A DNA stretch of 63,690 nt, filler included, from Octopus bimaculoides (taxonomy: Eukaryota), in the NCBI RefSeq assembly GCF_001194135.2. It is 4 parts of 4 records of this genome, joined end to end, with 100 filler letters (N's around TTAATTAATTAA, not from the genome) between each part and the next. Parts side by side here need not be neighbours in the genome. Positions count along the whole stretch, not along the records: positions 23,910 to 55,095 come from NC_069003.1; 3 more parts are not named here. One strand, given 5' to 3'. Below are positions 39,697 through 50,804 of the stretch, one piece after another. The notes below the pieces were generated by a model. That model made no database searches. It saw only the letters and a list, made by a program, of their open reading frames with translations, and had not been told where the DNA came from. Position numbers and translations under genes: made by a program. Position 1 is the first letter of the stretch. Each line of letters starts with the position of its first letter.

Positions 39697-40314
39697 TGTA
39701 TTTATATATATATTTATATCTATCTATCTGTCTGTCTGTCTGTCTGTCTGTCTATCGATCTATATATCTATCTATCTATCTGTCTGTCTATCTGTCTGTC
39801 TGCCTGTCTGTCTGTCTGTCTGTATGTCTGTCTGTCTGCCTGCCTGCCTGTCTGTCTGCTTGCCAGCCTGCCTGCCTGNNNNNNNNNNNNNNNNNNNNNN
39901 NNNNNNNNNNNNNNNNNNNNNNNNNNNNNNNNNNNNNNNNNNNNNNNNNNNNNNNNNNNNNNNNNNNNNNNNNNNNNNNNNNNNNNNNNNNNNNNNNNNN
40001 NNNNNNNNNNNNNNNNNNNNNNNNNNNNNNNNNNNNNNNNNNNNNNNNNNNNNNNNNNNNNNNNNNNNNNNNNNNNNNNNNNNNNNNNNNNNNNNNNNNN
40101 NNNNNNNNNNNNNNNNNNNNNNNNNNNNNNNNNNNNNNNNNNNNNNNNNNNNNNNNNNNNNNNNNNNNNNNNNNNNNNNNNNNNNNNNNNNNNNNNNNNN
40201 NNNNNNNNNNNNNNNNNNNNNNNNNNNNNNNNNNNNNNNNNNNNNNNNNNNNNNNNNNNNNNNNNNNNNNNNNNNNNNNNNNNNNNNNNNNNNNNNNNNN
40301 NNNNNNNNNNNNNN

Positions 40315-40368
<54 letters not shown>

Positions 40369-40519
40369 TAGAGAGACTGATAGACAGATGCAGAAATGTT
40401 GCACCATTCTGCAACCCTCAATTCGTTTATGCCACAGGAGTTATATAAGAGCTATATATTTATTTATCTACGCACCAGGAGGTGTAGATTTGTTTTTAGG
40501 TTCTTCAGACAACTAAATG

Positions 40520-41010
40520 TTATTCATACACATGGGGCCTGCATATATATATATATATATATATGAAGGTATAAATGTATGCATGCATTATATGTATATG
40601 TATATGTGTGTATGAATGTAAGTATGTACGTATGCAAATATTTGTGTATGCATGTGTGTGTATGTAGGTGTATATATATATATATATATATGTATTCTTG
40701 TATGAATGTATGTATGTATCCATATATGTATGTATGTATGCATGCATGCATGTTTGTTTGCATGCATGTATATATGAATGCATGTCTGAATGTATGCATG
40801 CACACATGTATGCACATGTGTACCTGCATGTGTGTATGCATACATGTATGCATGCATATATATATATGAGTATTTATCACTCATAATCCAGAANNNNNNN
40901 NNNCATGTATATATGAATGCATGTCTGAATGTATGCATGCACACATGTATGCATATGTGTACCTGCATGTGTGTATGCATATATGTATGCATGCATATAT
41001 ATATATGAGT
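40520..41010. repeat. (TATG/CATG/TA)n degenerate microsatellite
   Basis: Directly visible; source of the poly-MYVC/HTY ORFs. Confidence 0.9.
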
Positions 41011-41424
41011 ATTTATCACTCATAATCCAGAAACGCGTCTACGATTAACTTCGGAATGGTTAGTTTTCATTGTTTTTTCTTCTTGTTTTTGCCTTTGTGA
41101 GTTACAAGTAATGCTATCTGTTGGAGTCTCAGCTTTTTTAGCTGCTATTTCTGAACTTCGGTATGTGGTGAAGCAAATATTTGCTGATCCCTTAATTATG
41201 TTTATAAATATATATATATATATATGTATACATGCACACAACTATGCCACCACATTAATACATTATCTCAAACACAAGAGCAGTCTTAGATATCATTGCA
41301 AACAAAATATCTTAGTCGATATCCCTATCTATATTATGGAATTTCTGATGTTGGTTAATCCCATGTTTGATCATCAATGACCTTGATTTCATCTTGTTTC
41401 CAGTGAAGTAACTTGAATAGCAAA

Positions 41425-41740
41425 GGCATAAGGCTTTATGATTAGAGTATGTGGCTCACAACCATAAGGTAATGAGTTGCATTCCTGGCGAATTGTTGAA
41501 TCCTTGAGCAAGACACTTTATTTCACATTGCTCCAGTTCACTCAGCTGGAAAAAACAAGTTGTACCTGTATCTTAAAGGACCAGCCTTGTCACATTCTGT
41601 GTCACATGAATCTCCCTGGGTATTACGTTTAGGGTATGAGTGTCTGTGAGTGCTCAGTCACTTGCATGTTAATTTCACGAGCAGACTGTTCTGTTGAAAG
41701 GATCAGCTGGAACTGACGGAGTGCCAGTTATTTATTAACC
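41425..41740 (+). mobile_element. SINE family C copy
   Basis: TCCTTGAGCAAGACACTTTATTTCACATTGCTCCAGTTCACTCAGCTGG core with upstream tRNA-like head. Confidence 0.7.
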
Positions 41741-42083
41741 TGAATGTTGCCTTGAGTCCTAATGAAGCAAACATATTGAGGATCACTGATTTACTCTAAG
41801 CACCCTATTTCTTTTTAGCTAGGTGTCCCTTGGTGATGCAATTTTTGTTGCAATTGTCATCATCGTCTTTTAATGCCCACTTTTCCATTCTTGCCTGAAT
41901 AAGAAGGAATTTGTTGAGGCAGACCTACAGCTAGATGACCTCCCTGCCACCAACTCTTTCTTGTTTCCAAGCAAGGTAATACTTCCTCATGATCAGACAT
42001 TTTTCATGGAATACTGGAAATGTACAGCATCACTTGTATGACAGTAATGCATGTTTATAACCATTGCAAAGTGTCATGGTAAC

Positions 42084-42130
<47 letters not shown>

Positions 42131-42131
<1 letters not shown>

Positions 42132-42308
42132 GGGCTTCCTACAGTTTCTGATTAACAAATTCNNNNNNNNNNTGGGCTTCCTACAGTTTCTGATTAACAA
42201 ATTCAATCAAATGCTTTAGTAGGCCAGGAGTTATAAAAGAAAACACCTGCATAAGGTGCTGTGCAGTGGGACTGAACCCAACACTACATGAGAAGCATGC
42301 CTGCACCT
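42131..42308 (-). mobile_element. SINE family A copy (old, CpG-decayed, split by a 10-N gap)
   Basis: TGGGCTTCCTACAGTTTCTG...AAGGTGCTGTGCAGTGGGACTGAACCC...TGCACCT. Confidence 0.7.
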
Positions 42309-43430
42309 ATATCGTAGGATATATTTTCATCCTTCCCAAAGCATCTTTTGAGACATCCTGAGAAATAGTGAGGCCATTGATAAAGATGTAGTTAGACTGG
42401 TTTGTTGTTTACCCTCATTTTTATACTCAGGTGAGAATATTTATCTTGGCCATACTCCATTACAATATTCTATGAGACTGCAGGAACCAGGTTAATGTTC
42501 TAGTTCTTCATTGTACCATTCCTATTTTTGGCATGTACTTTTAGGTCATCCATAAAGAAGCTATGCATCTGGTTGGTGTATCTGTCTTCCTGCAAGCCAA
42601 TTACATAAACTCGTATAAGTATGATTGTAGGTATGTTCATTTTATTTTCCTATTTATTTGATTCCTTCCTAGAAAGAAGGAGATGGTTTCTAACAAAAAC
42701 TCAATCATTGGAATTTGAATACTGACAACAATAATTGTCATATTTGAACTTTAAGAAAGTCTTGCATATTTTTATAGTTCCACTTACTGACTGTATCTAT
42801 AACTTGTATGCTAACTGGTCTCTTTGAATGAAAATCCTAGTTTCTCCTTGGTGGAATGTCATATATGTATGTATGTACGTATGTATGTATGTATGCATGT
42901 ATGGATGGATGTATGTATGTATTTATGTATGTATGTATTTATGTATGTATGTGTATAGACATATATCTTTTTTTTTATAAAACTAACAAACCGTGATGTT
43001 TTCCTCCCTCCAGTTGTAGAGAGATGATGTGCCTCCAGCCATTTGAGCCTAATGTGTTACCTATATAGCCAAGTGCTTATAGGTTCAAAACTAGTGGTCA
43101 CTCTCTGACTGGCCATAACAAACAACCTTCTAAATACACTATATTACTGCTCGAATGTTTTACAGTGTGCTTCTTTTTTTAGATATCTAAACTACTGATG
43201 ATATATATATATACATGTGTGTATATGTATGTGTATATATATATATATGCCCTTTATATAAATATAAACGAATAATTATATTCTTGGGAATAGAAATTTC
43301 CCTTACGAATCTTTTTACACACTGGCTTCTTGATAAAATTCCTGTAAAAGAGTTTTATCCCTTTTTGAATTTATATATATATATATATATATATAGATGC
43401 ATTACTAGAACTGCTTTTAATTTATAATAT

Positions 43431-43494
<64 letters not shown>

Positions 43495-43744
43495 CTATCT
43501 TGTACAAATACAAACATAGCAAATTTAACTATTTCTCTGTGGATTGAGAAAAATGACAACCTGAATCAATTTTATTTACATCATTTGTTTAATCCTAGAG
43601 AAACAACCAGCCAATCTGTTTATATACTCAACAAATCCTGAAGCTCCATAGAACTGGAGCTACTAATTTTGCATACTACAAATGTTTAACTCTTTATTTA
43701 ATGTCAGTGGCTGGTGAAGGGGAGTCTGAGCTTGCATTCACGTT

Positions 43745-44866
43745 CAGGGTGTTTCGGCTAAATTTGATGATATTTTTTATGTCTCCTTTTTCCAGGAACA
43801 GCAAGATGTATTGGTGAATAGTCAACAACATTGGAGAGCATGAAGATTAAAGTTGTAGTTGAAGAAAAGTTAGCTGACTTGGAGGACTGGAAGCAGTCTG
43901 AATATTGGAAAAGAGTTACCTGTATCATAATGATTCATGCCAGGTATCAAAATGCCAACATTTTGCTGCTCAATGCTCTATATATACTTAAAGGTGGTAA
44001 AACATATCCCACATATCATGAAAACCAAGTTTCTGCAAACTGTGATGGTCTTTGGGTGTTTCTTTGGTGAAGGTGATATCATGCCACACCACATCTTTGA
44101 ACAGGTCCTTAGGCTCAATTCATATGGCTATGTGAAACTGCTGCAGACTGTGGTCAAACCCTGGCAGGAGAGGGTTGCTGCTGGATGGCCATATGTGTGG
44201 CAGCAGGAATTGGCTCCTTGCTATATTTCCAAAAAAAATCAGATGTGGTTGTTAGAAAATTTCTATGACTTCACTATCCTCAATTCCCTTGATTGTAATC
44301 CTATGGATTACTCTGTGTGGAGCATGATTGAGAAAGACACCAACTGTCTTGCCTGCAACACTGAGCTAATGGCCAAGACCAAGGAAACATTTGAAGATCT
44401 TCCTAGGAACACAGTGAGGAATGCATACTCAGGTTCTGGAGTCATTTTGAAACTGTGATGGAAACTGTGGTTGGCTACTTTGAGTAAACTGTTATTTCCC
44501 AGCCATAGAGGAGTAAAAATATTCTGCCCTTTTGGGAGTAAGAAATCTGGATTTCAGTGATGATCGTGCTCTTATTTGAAGACCACAACACATAGCCTGG
44601 TCCAGGAATCAAAACCATGATCTTACCATTTGTGGGTATAATATCTCAATTACTCAATATTTGAAGGATATATTTTTATTGATCCCACAAAAAGGTGAAA
44701 GATTAAGTAGACCTCAACAGGATTAGAATTCAAAGGCAGAAACCTAAAAAACAAAAGAAAAACACATCTAGTTGATATTTTTTAATTTTTTAAAACTCTC
44801 TATTTTTGGATGGGATATTGTTTTCATTTTCTTTTATGCAAACTGTCAAGTTTAACCCAAACACTG
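43745..44866 (+). mobile_element. Second deleted copy of the Tc1/mariner (maT-like) transposon, with a nested insertion at about 44509-44766
   Basis: TIRs CAGGGTGTTTCGGCTAAATTTGA / TCAAGTTTAACCCAAACACTG-TA; transposase remnant TVMVFGCF..EGDIMPHHIF...WQQELAPCY...CNPMDYSVWSMIEKDTN; collinear with 38974-39696. Confidence 0.85.
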
Positions 44867-45373
44867 TAAAATTGCACGAGTTTTGTTTCTGCAATATAAC
44901 TACTAAAAACTTATACCTATATAGGTGGGGAGGGAGGAACAAGCCCTTCTTTGATGTGAGTAGTAGCATTAGGCACAGTAGTTATAGTAGTTGTAGTTGA
45001 AGTAGCAGCAGACTTGGTGGTGGTATTAATATTAGTGACACAGTTGTGGGTGTGACTGTCTTCATATGATGGTGATAAGGGTGGTAGTGGTGGTGGTGGT
45101 TGTGGTTACAGTGATGATTGGTTTTTCTGTTTTGACACAGGTCAGTATAGATCAAATAGATCTCTGATCAAAGGCTTTCCAGCCATGGCCATCAAGACTT
45201 TTATTTAGAAATAGTATATCTAGTGTGTCTTTTTATATTTCTATATATTTCTAAGACAGTACAGTTAGTGATCTAAAGGTGATTTGGCTGTAAAATTCTG
45301 TGGTATGAGTGACTGGTTGAAACAATGGGGATAGATTAAACTAGAAAATGTCACGTGACCACACATGCATACC

Positions 45374-45426
<53 letters not shown>

Positions 45427-45647
45427 ACACACATGCATGTGTGTGTACACATATACACATCAGCTGGTTCATCTCTTGAAACCCACCTTTCCTTCACAAA
45501 ATTCAGTAAAGGTTATACAAACAAACCACACTGCTATCACTACCACCGTCACCACCATTCCTACAACTTCAGCTTTACCAACTTCAAATTCAACTGTATG
45601 TATGAGTGTGATTCTGTGTGTGAGTATGTATGTGTGTNNNNNNNNNN

Positions 45648-45692
<45 letters not shown>

Positions 45693-46743
45693 TATAAAAT
45701 CAAAATAAGCAACAGAAATTTTTCAGCTACTTAGGTCTATGTGAAATGGTTATACTATATCCATTTAAATGTATAAATATTTGTATATGTGTATATATGC
45801 ATATATGTGCATAACCTATTAATCTCTTCTCCCTTATAAATCGTTATTTTTCTTGTTTGTAAATAATACTTTTCAGTTACTTAAGTCTATGCGAGATGGT
45901 TATACTATATCCATATAAATGTATAAATATTTGTGTATGTGCATGTGTGTACATATATAAATATGTGTGTGTATCTGTACACATATTTATTTTTTCTGAT
46001 TCTTGGCTTATAATTAATATATAGATAGCATGCTTATCTTTCCAGTATTCCATAAATAAATGCCCTGAGCAGTCTTTATAGAAACCACCTAATAAGTAAT
46101 TAATTAAGTACATGAATGAATATTAAACTGATTCTATGTAATCTTTCCTTTTTAATGTTGATAATTGATAATATTACACACATTTTACCTATTTTGGTTA
46201 TGATATCATTTTTGATAATCTTAAATTTTATTTTTATACAACATAATTATATTGTTTATAAACAATCACTCATCGTACCCCAAGATAAAATTTCCTCTGT
46301 ATTAACATCCTAGGTTTTATTTGCGTCTTGCCCCTTTAACTGATAATTAACATCATGATTTAGAGTTTTCCCCTACCCAGCCTCCTTTTATAGACAGTTA
46401 CTCTATACCCAATTTACTACTCCCAATGTCTTCTTCCCTCCCTGAAGAAAAGTGATACACATGACATTTATAACCATACCTAGCCATGAGCTGTCAACTC
46501 ACTCTTGCCCTTCATTCTAAACAGACTTAGATTTAGTAGTTGATAAAAAGACAAATAAATTAAAAATGAACCACAATCCTTTATAAGCTATGGCCCCAGT
46601 GGGCTTCATGCCTTTCTTGGAAGTGTAGTCTATTCTTAGCTACAATAGTGACAACATAAATTTCCTCCATCTTCTTGCTCTGTTAAATTATTTGAGAAAA
46701 ATTGTATTAATGTGTCCAACTGATTAAAATTCTATTTATTTGT

Positions 46744-46824
46744 GCAGCTGATGATAGTACTACATTTAAATTGATGTAATAATTGTATTGTTCAACTAAA
46801 TGGAGCTGCTTGAAACAGTCGTAC
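46744..46824 (+). ncRNA. Type I hammerhead-like motif with intact catalytic core and weak stems
   Basis: gcag-CTGATGA(46748-46754)-tagta...tgctt-GAAAC A GTC(46812-46820)-gtac; stem II agta/tgct, stem I only partly paired. Confidence 0.5.
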
Positions 46825-46952
46825 TGCAGCACTTCTCGATATCCTGTTGCTTATTTTGATTTTATTCACCTTAATTCGAGCTGTACGGATAATACTGCAC
46901 TGACTTGGTGCTTCAACTTAAGTACCTAATTCAACTGAATCTCGATTATTTC

Positions 46953-46995
<43 letters not shown>

Positions 46996-47126
46996 TTGGT
47001 GGAAGCTGATGAGTAACTATCTAATTACTCTGAGTTTCTTGTTTTATTATGAAATCTCTCAGATGACACAGCGAGACTCTTATGTAGCCATGGAGTAACT
47101 CATCAGATTGAAACAAATTACTATTA

Positions 47127-47197
<71 letters not shown>

Positions 47198-47199
<2 letters not shown>

Positions 47200-47870
47200 G
47201 GCAGAACTGGCTGAATCATTAACACACTGGATGAAGTGCTTAGCAGTATTTCACCTGTCACTATGTCCTGAGTTCAAATTCCTCCAAGGTCAACTTTGCT
47301 TGTCATCCTTTCAGGGTCTATAAAATAAGTACCAATTGAATACTGGGATGATGTATCCCCCTCCCCCAAATTTCAGGCCTTGTGCCTATATTAGAAAGGA
47401 TTATTATTATTTATTATTAAGGTGGTGAGCTGGCAGAATCATTAGCTTGCCAGATAAAATGCTTAGCAGCATTTTGTTCATCCTCACGTTGTGAGTTCAA
47501 ATTTCACCGAGGTCAACTTTGCCTTTCATACTTTTGAGGTTGATAAAATATGTACCAGTGGAGCACTGGGGTTGACGCAACCAACTATCCCTTCCCCCAA
47601 ATTCCAGGCGTTTTGCCTATAGAAGACAGAATTATTATTAGTATTATGAAAGGTGGTGAGCTGACAGAATAGTTAGCATGCTGGGTAAAACTCTTGGCAA
47701 CATTTTGTTTGTCTTCAAGTTCTGAGTTCAAATTCTACTGAGGTCGACTTTACCTATCATCCTTTCAGGGGCCAATAAAATAAATACCAGCTGTGCACTG
47801 AGGTCAATGTAAACTATACTATACCTCTATCCTGAACTTACTGGCCTTGTGCCAAAATTTGAAGCTATTG
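47198..47870 (+). mobile_element. Three head-to-tail SINE family B copies separated by (ATT)n
   Basis: Units start at about 47198, 47419 and 47649, each AAGG(C/T)..GAGCTG.CAGAA...GAGTTCAAATT...GAGGTC.ACTTT.CC..TCAT.CTTT...TAAAA...ACCA. Confidence 0.9.
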
Positions 47871-47877
47871 TTTTATT

Positions 47878-47915
<38 letters not shown>

Positions 47916-48606
47916 NNNNNNNNNNNNNNNNNNNNNNNNNNNNNNNNNNNNNNNNNNNNNNNNNNNNNNNNNNNNNNNNNNNNNNNNNNNNNNNNNNNNN
48001 NNNNNNNNNNNNNNNNNNNNNNNNNNNNNNNNNNNNNNNNNNNNNNNNNNNNNNNNNNNNNNNNNNNNNNNNNNNNNNNNNNNNNNNNNNNNNNNNNNNN
48101 NNNNNNNNNNNNNNNNNNNNNNNNNNNNNNNNNNNNNNNNNNNNNNNNNNNNNNNNNNNNNNNNNNNNNNNNNNNNNNNNNNNNNNNNNNNNNNNNNNNN
48201 NNNNNNNNNNNNNNNNNNNNNNNNNNNNNNNNNNNNNNNNNNNNNNNNNNNNNNNNNNNNNNNNNNNNNNNNNNNNNNNNNNNNNNNNNNNNNNNNNNNN
48301 NNNNNNNNNNNNNNNNNNNNNNNNNNNNNNNNNNNNNNNNNNNNNNNNNNNNNNNNNNNNNNNNNNNNNNNNNNNNNNNNNNNNNNNNNNNNNNNNNNNN
48401 NNNNNNNNNNNNNNNNNNNNNNNNNNNNNNNNNNNNNNNNNNNNNNNNNNNNNNNNNNNNNNNNNNNNNNNNNNNNNNNNNNNNNNNNNNNNNNNNNNNN
48501 NNNNNNNNNNNNNNNNNNNNNNNNNNNNNNNNNNNNNNNNNNNNNNNNNNNNNNNNNNNNNNNNNNNNNNNNNNNNNNNNNNNNNNNNNNNNNNNNNNNN
48601 NNNNNN

Positions 48607-48685
<79 letters not shown>

Positions 48686-48689
48686 AATC

Positions 48690-49780
48690 CAAAAAAATGG
48701 AACGAGAATGCAACAGACAACAATAAAACATCTGAACAGATAGAGGATAGAAAGACGGACAGGAATAAACAAGGACAGATCATTTGCAGTCTTCTCTCCT
48801 CAGTCAAGTTTCCAGATTATCCATACAGTTCCACCCAGTTACGCATGAGACTGTTCAAATCTGGCTGGCCCTGAAAATCTAAACTAAGAGCATTAAATAT
48901 TTTGGGAGAAAGCAAGCAAATGTGTACAACAACAAAGACAAAAAAAAAATGGAGAAAATGTTACACAGTTACAAATACAAACAAGAAGAAAATAACAACA
49001 GGTGTCTTTCAACTAAGCAGGAACATAGGAGATGAACATAAGAGATGAAAGTCATGAGACAGGAAAAGAGATGCTTCATGGCTGGCATTTGTGCCAAGAA
49101 AGAAAGGTCATGCTTGGCCAAGCACCAGCCACATGGAAGGAAAGGAGAGAGGTAGGGGCAGAGGGATTGAAGAATTAGGGGGAGGACGAGAAAGAGATGA
49201 AAAGAAAGGGACATATAGAAAGGTACAAGAGAGATAAACAGGAGGAAAAGTAAGGAGATTAAAGAAAGAGATAGCCAAGAAATGTGAGAGAGGGAGAGCA
49301 AGAAAAAGAAAAGAAGAAAGAAAGAAGAAAATATGAGGGGGACTAAAAGAAAGAGTAAAAAGTCATACAGAATTTAGATACATACTTACTTACAAGGTGA
49401 ACAAAAGTGTATGTATGCCACTATATGTATATATAAATAAATAAAAAAATAGAACAAAAACACAATAGAGGACAATAAAACATCTGGACTGATACAAAGA
49501 TGGGCATGAAAAACAACAAGAGGATGGACAGGATAAAACAAGGATGGGTCATTTGCAGCCTTCTCTCCTCAGTCAAGTTTCTAGATTATCCTTACAGTTT
49601 TGGCTAGTTACACTTGAGACTGTTCAAATTTGGCTGGCCCCAAAGATCTAAACTAAGAGCATTAAATATTTTGGGAGAAAGCAAATGAACGTGTACAACA
49701 ACAAAGACAAAAAAAAAAAATGGAGAAAATGTTACACAATTATAAATACAAACAACAGGTGTCTTTCAACTAATAAAGAT
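48690..49780 (-). repeat. Pair of diverged direct repeats of about 320 bp (period 769 bp) flanking a purine-rich core; each has a hammerhead-like motif
   Basis: 48690-49010 aligns with 49445-49775 (shared CTTCTCTCCTCAGTCAAGTTT...GAGACTGTTCAAAT.TGGCTGGCCC...CTAAACTAAGAGCATTAAATATTTTGGGAGAAAGCAA). Confidence 0.9.
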
Positions 49781-49939
49781 GAATCAAGTTGAGCTGGCAT
49801 GTGCAGAGTGAAATATATATATATGATGCTTGGATCATACAAGCTAATCTATAAGCTTCTGTGGCGTTTTTTTTTCCAGTTTGACACAAAATGTTGCACA
49901 GCAAACTTCCAAATTATCTTCATGTCCTGAATGTATTCT

Positions 49940-50460
49940 GCAAACAGGTCAGCAGAGAGTGGTAGAGTTGGAGACTAACAAAACCCTCTGGGATTTCCCA
50001 ATCCAAACAGATCATGTGCTAGAGCATAACATACCGGACCTAGGTGGTATGTGGACAAGGTGCACCACATATGTTCTATAGTTGATGTTGCATACCTCTT
50101 TGACCTATGAATAGTCAAAAAGGAAGGCAGAAAGATAGATAGATGCAACCCTCTTAAGTACAAAATAGCCCGGCTATGGAAAATGAAGAAGGTGAAGATA
50201 GTGTCAGTTATTGCTGGGGCCTTGGGAACAGTATCAGAAGGCAGCAAGAAGAATATAAAGGAAACTGGAAAAGAGTGCCCAGTAGAACTGTTACAAAAAG
50301 TTTGCCTCATTGGCATGGCCAGAATAATCAGGAAAGTATTAGATAGCTGAAAAGAATGAATAGCATGGTACCATAGGCTGTAGGTAGTAAGTTTGCTATG
50401 CATGCAAGACTCCAGGAGTTCCAACAAAACCTGTGATAAAGAGAAAATAGTAATAATAAT
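49940..50460 (+). mobile_element. R4/Dong-clade non-LTR retrotransposon 3' end (restriction-like endonuclease)
   Basis: TLWDFPIQTDHVLEHNIPDL...IVDVAYLFD..IVKKE..KIDR...LKYKIARLWKMKKV.IVSVIAGALG...LLQKVCLIGMARIIRKVL, then a 3' UTR ending in TAATAATAAT. Confidence 0.85.
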
Positions 50461-50582
50461 CCTTTCTACTATAGGCATAAGGCCTGGTATTTTGGGGTGG
50501 GGGCTAGTCGATTGCATCGACCCCAGTGCATAACTGGTACTTATTTCATCGACTCCAAAAGGATGAAAGGCAAAGTCGACCT
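50461..50582 (-). mobile_element. SINE family B partial, cut by a gap
   Basis: CCTTTCTACTATAGGCATAAGGCC...GGTACTTATTTCATCGACTCCAAAAGGATGAAAGGCAAAGTCGACC. Confidence 0.8.
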
Positions 50583-50704
50583 NNNNNNNNNNNNNNNNNN
50601 NNNNNNNNNNNNNNNNNNNNNNNNNNNNNNNNNNNNNNNNNNNNNNNNNNNNNNNNNNNNNNNNNNNNNNNNNNATGATGATGATGATGATGATAATAAT
50701 AACG

Positions 50705-50753
<49 letters not shown>

Positions 50754-50804
50754 GAAGAAGAAGAAGAAGAAGAAGAACAACAACAACAACAACAACAACA
50801 ACAT

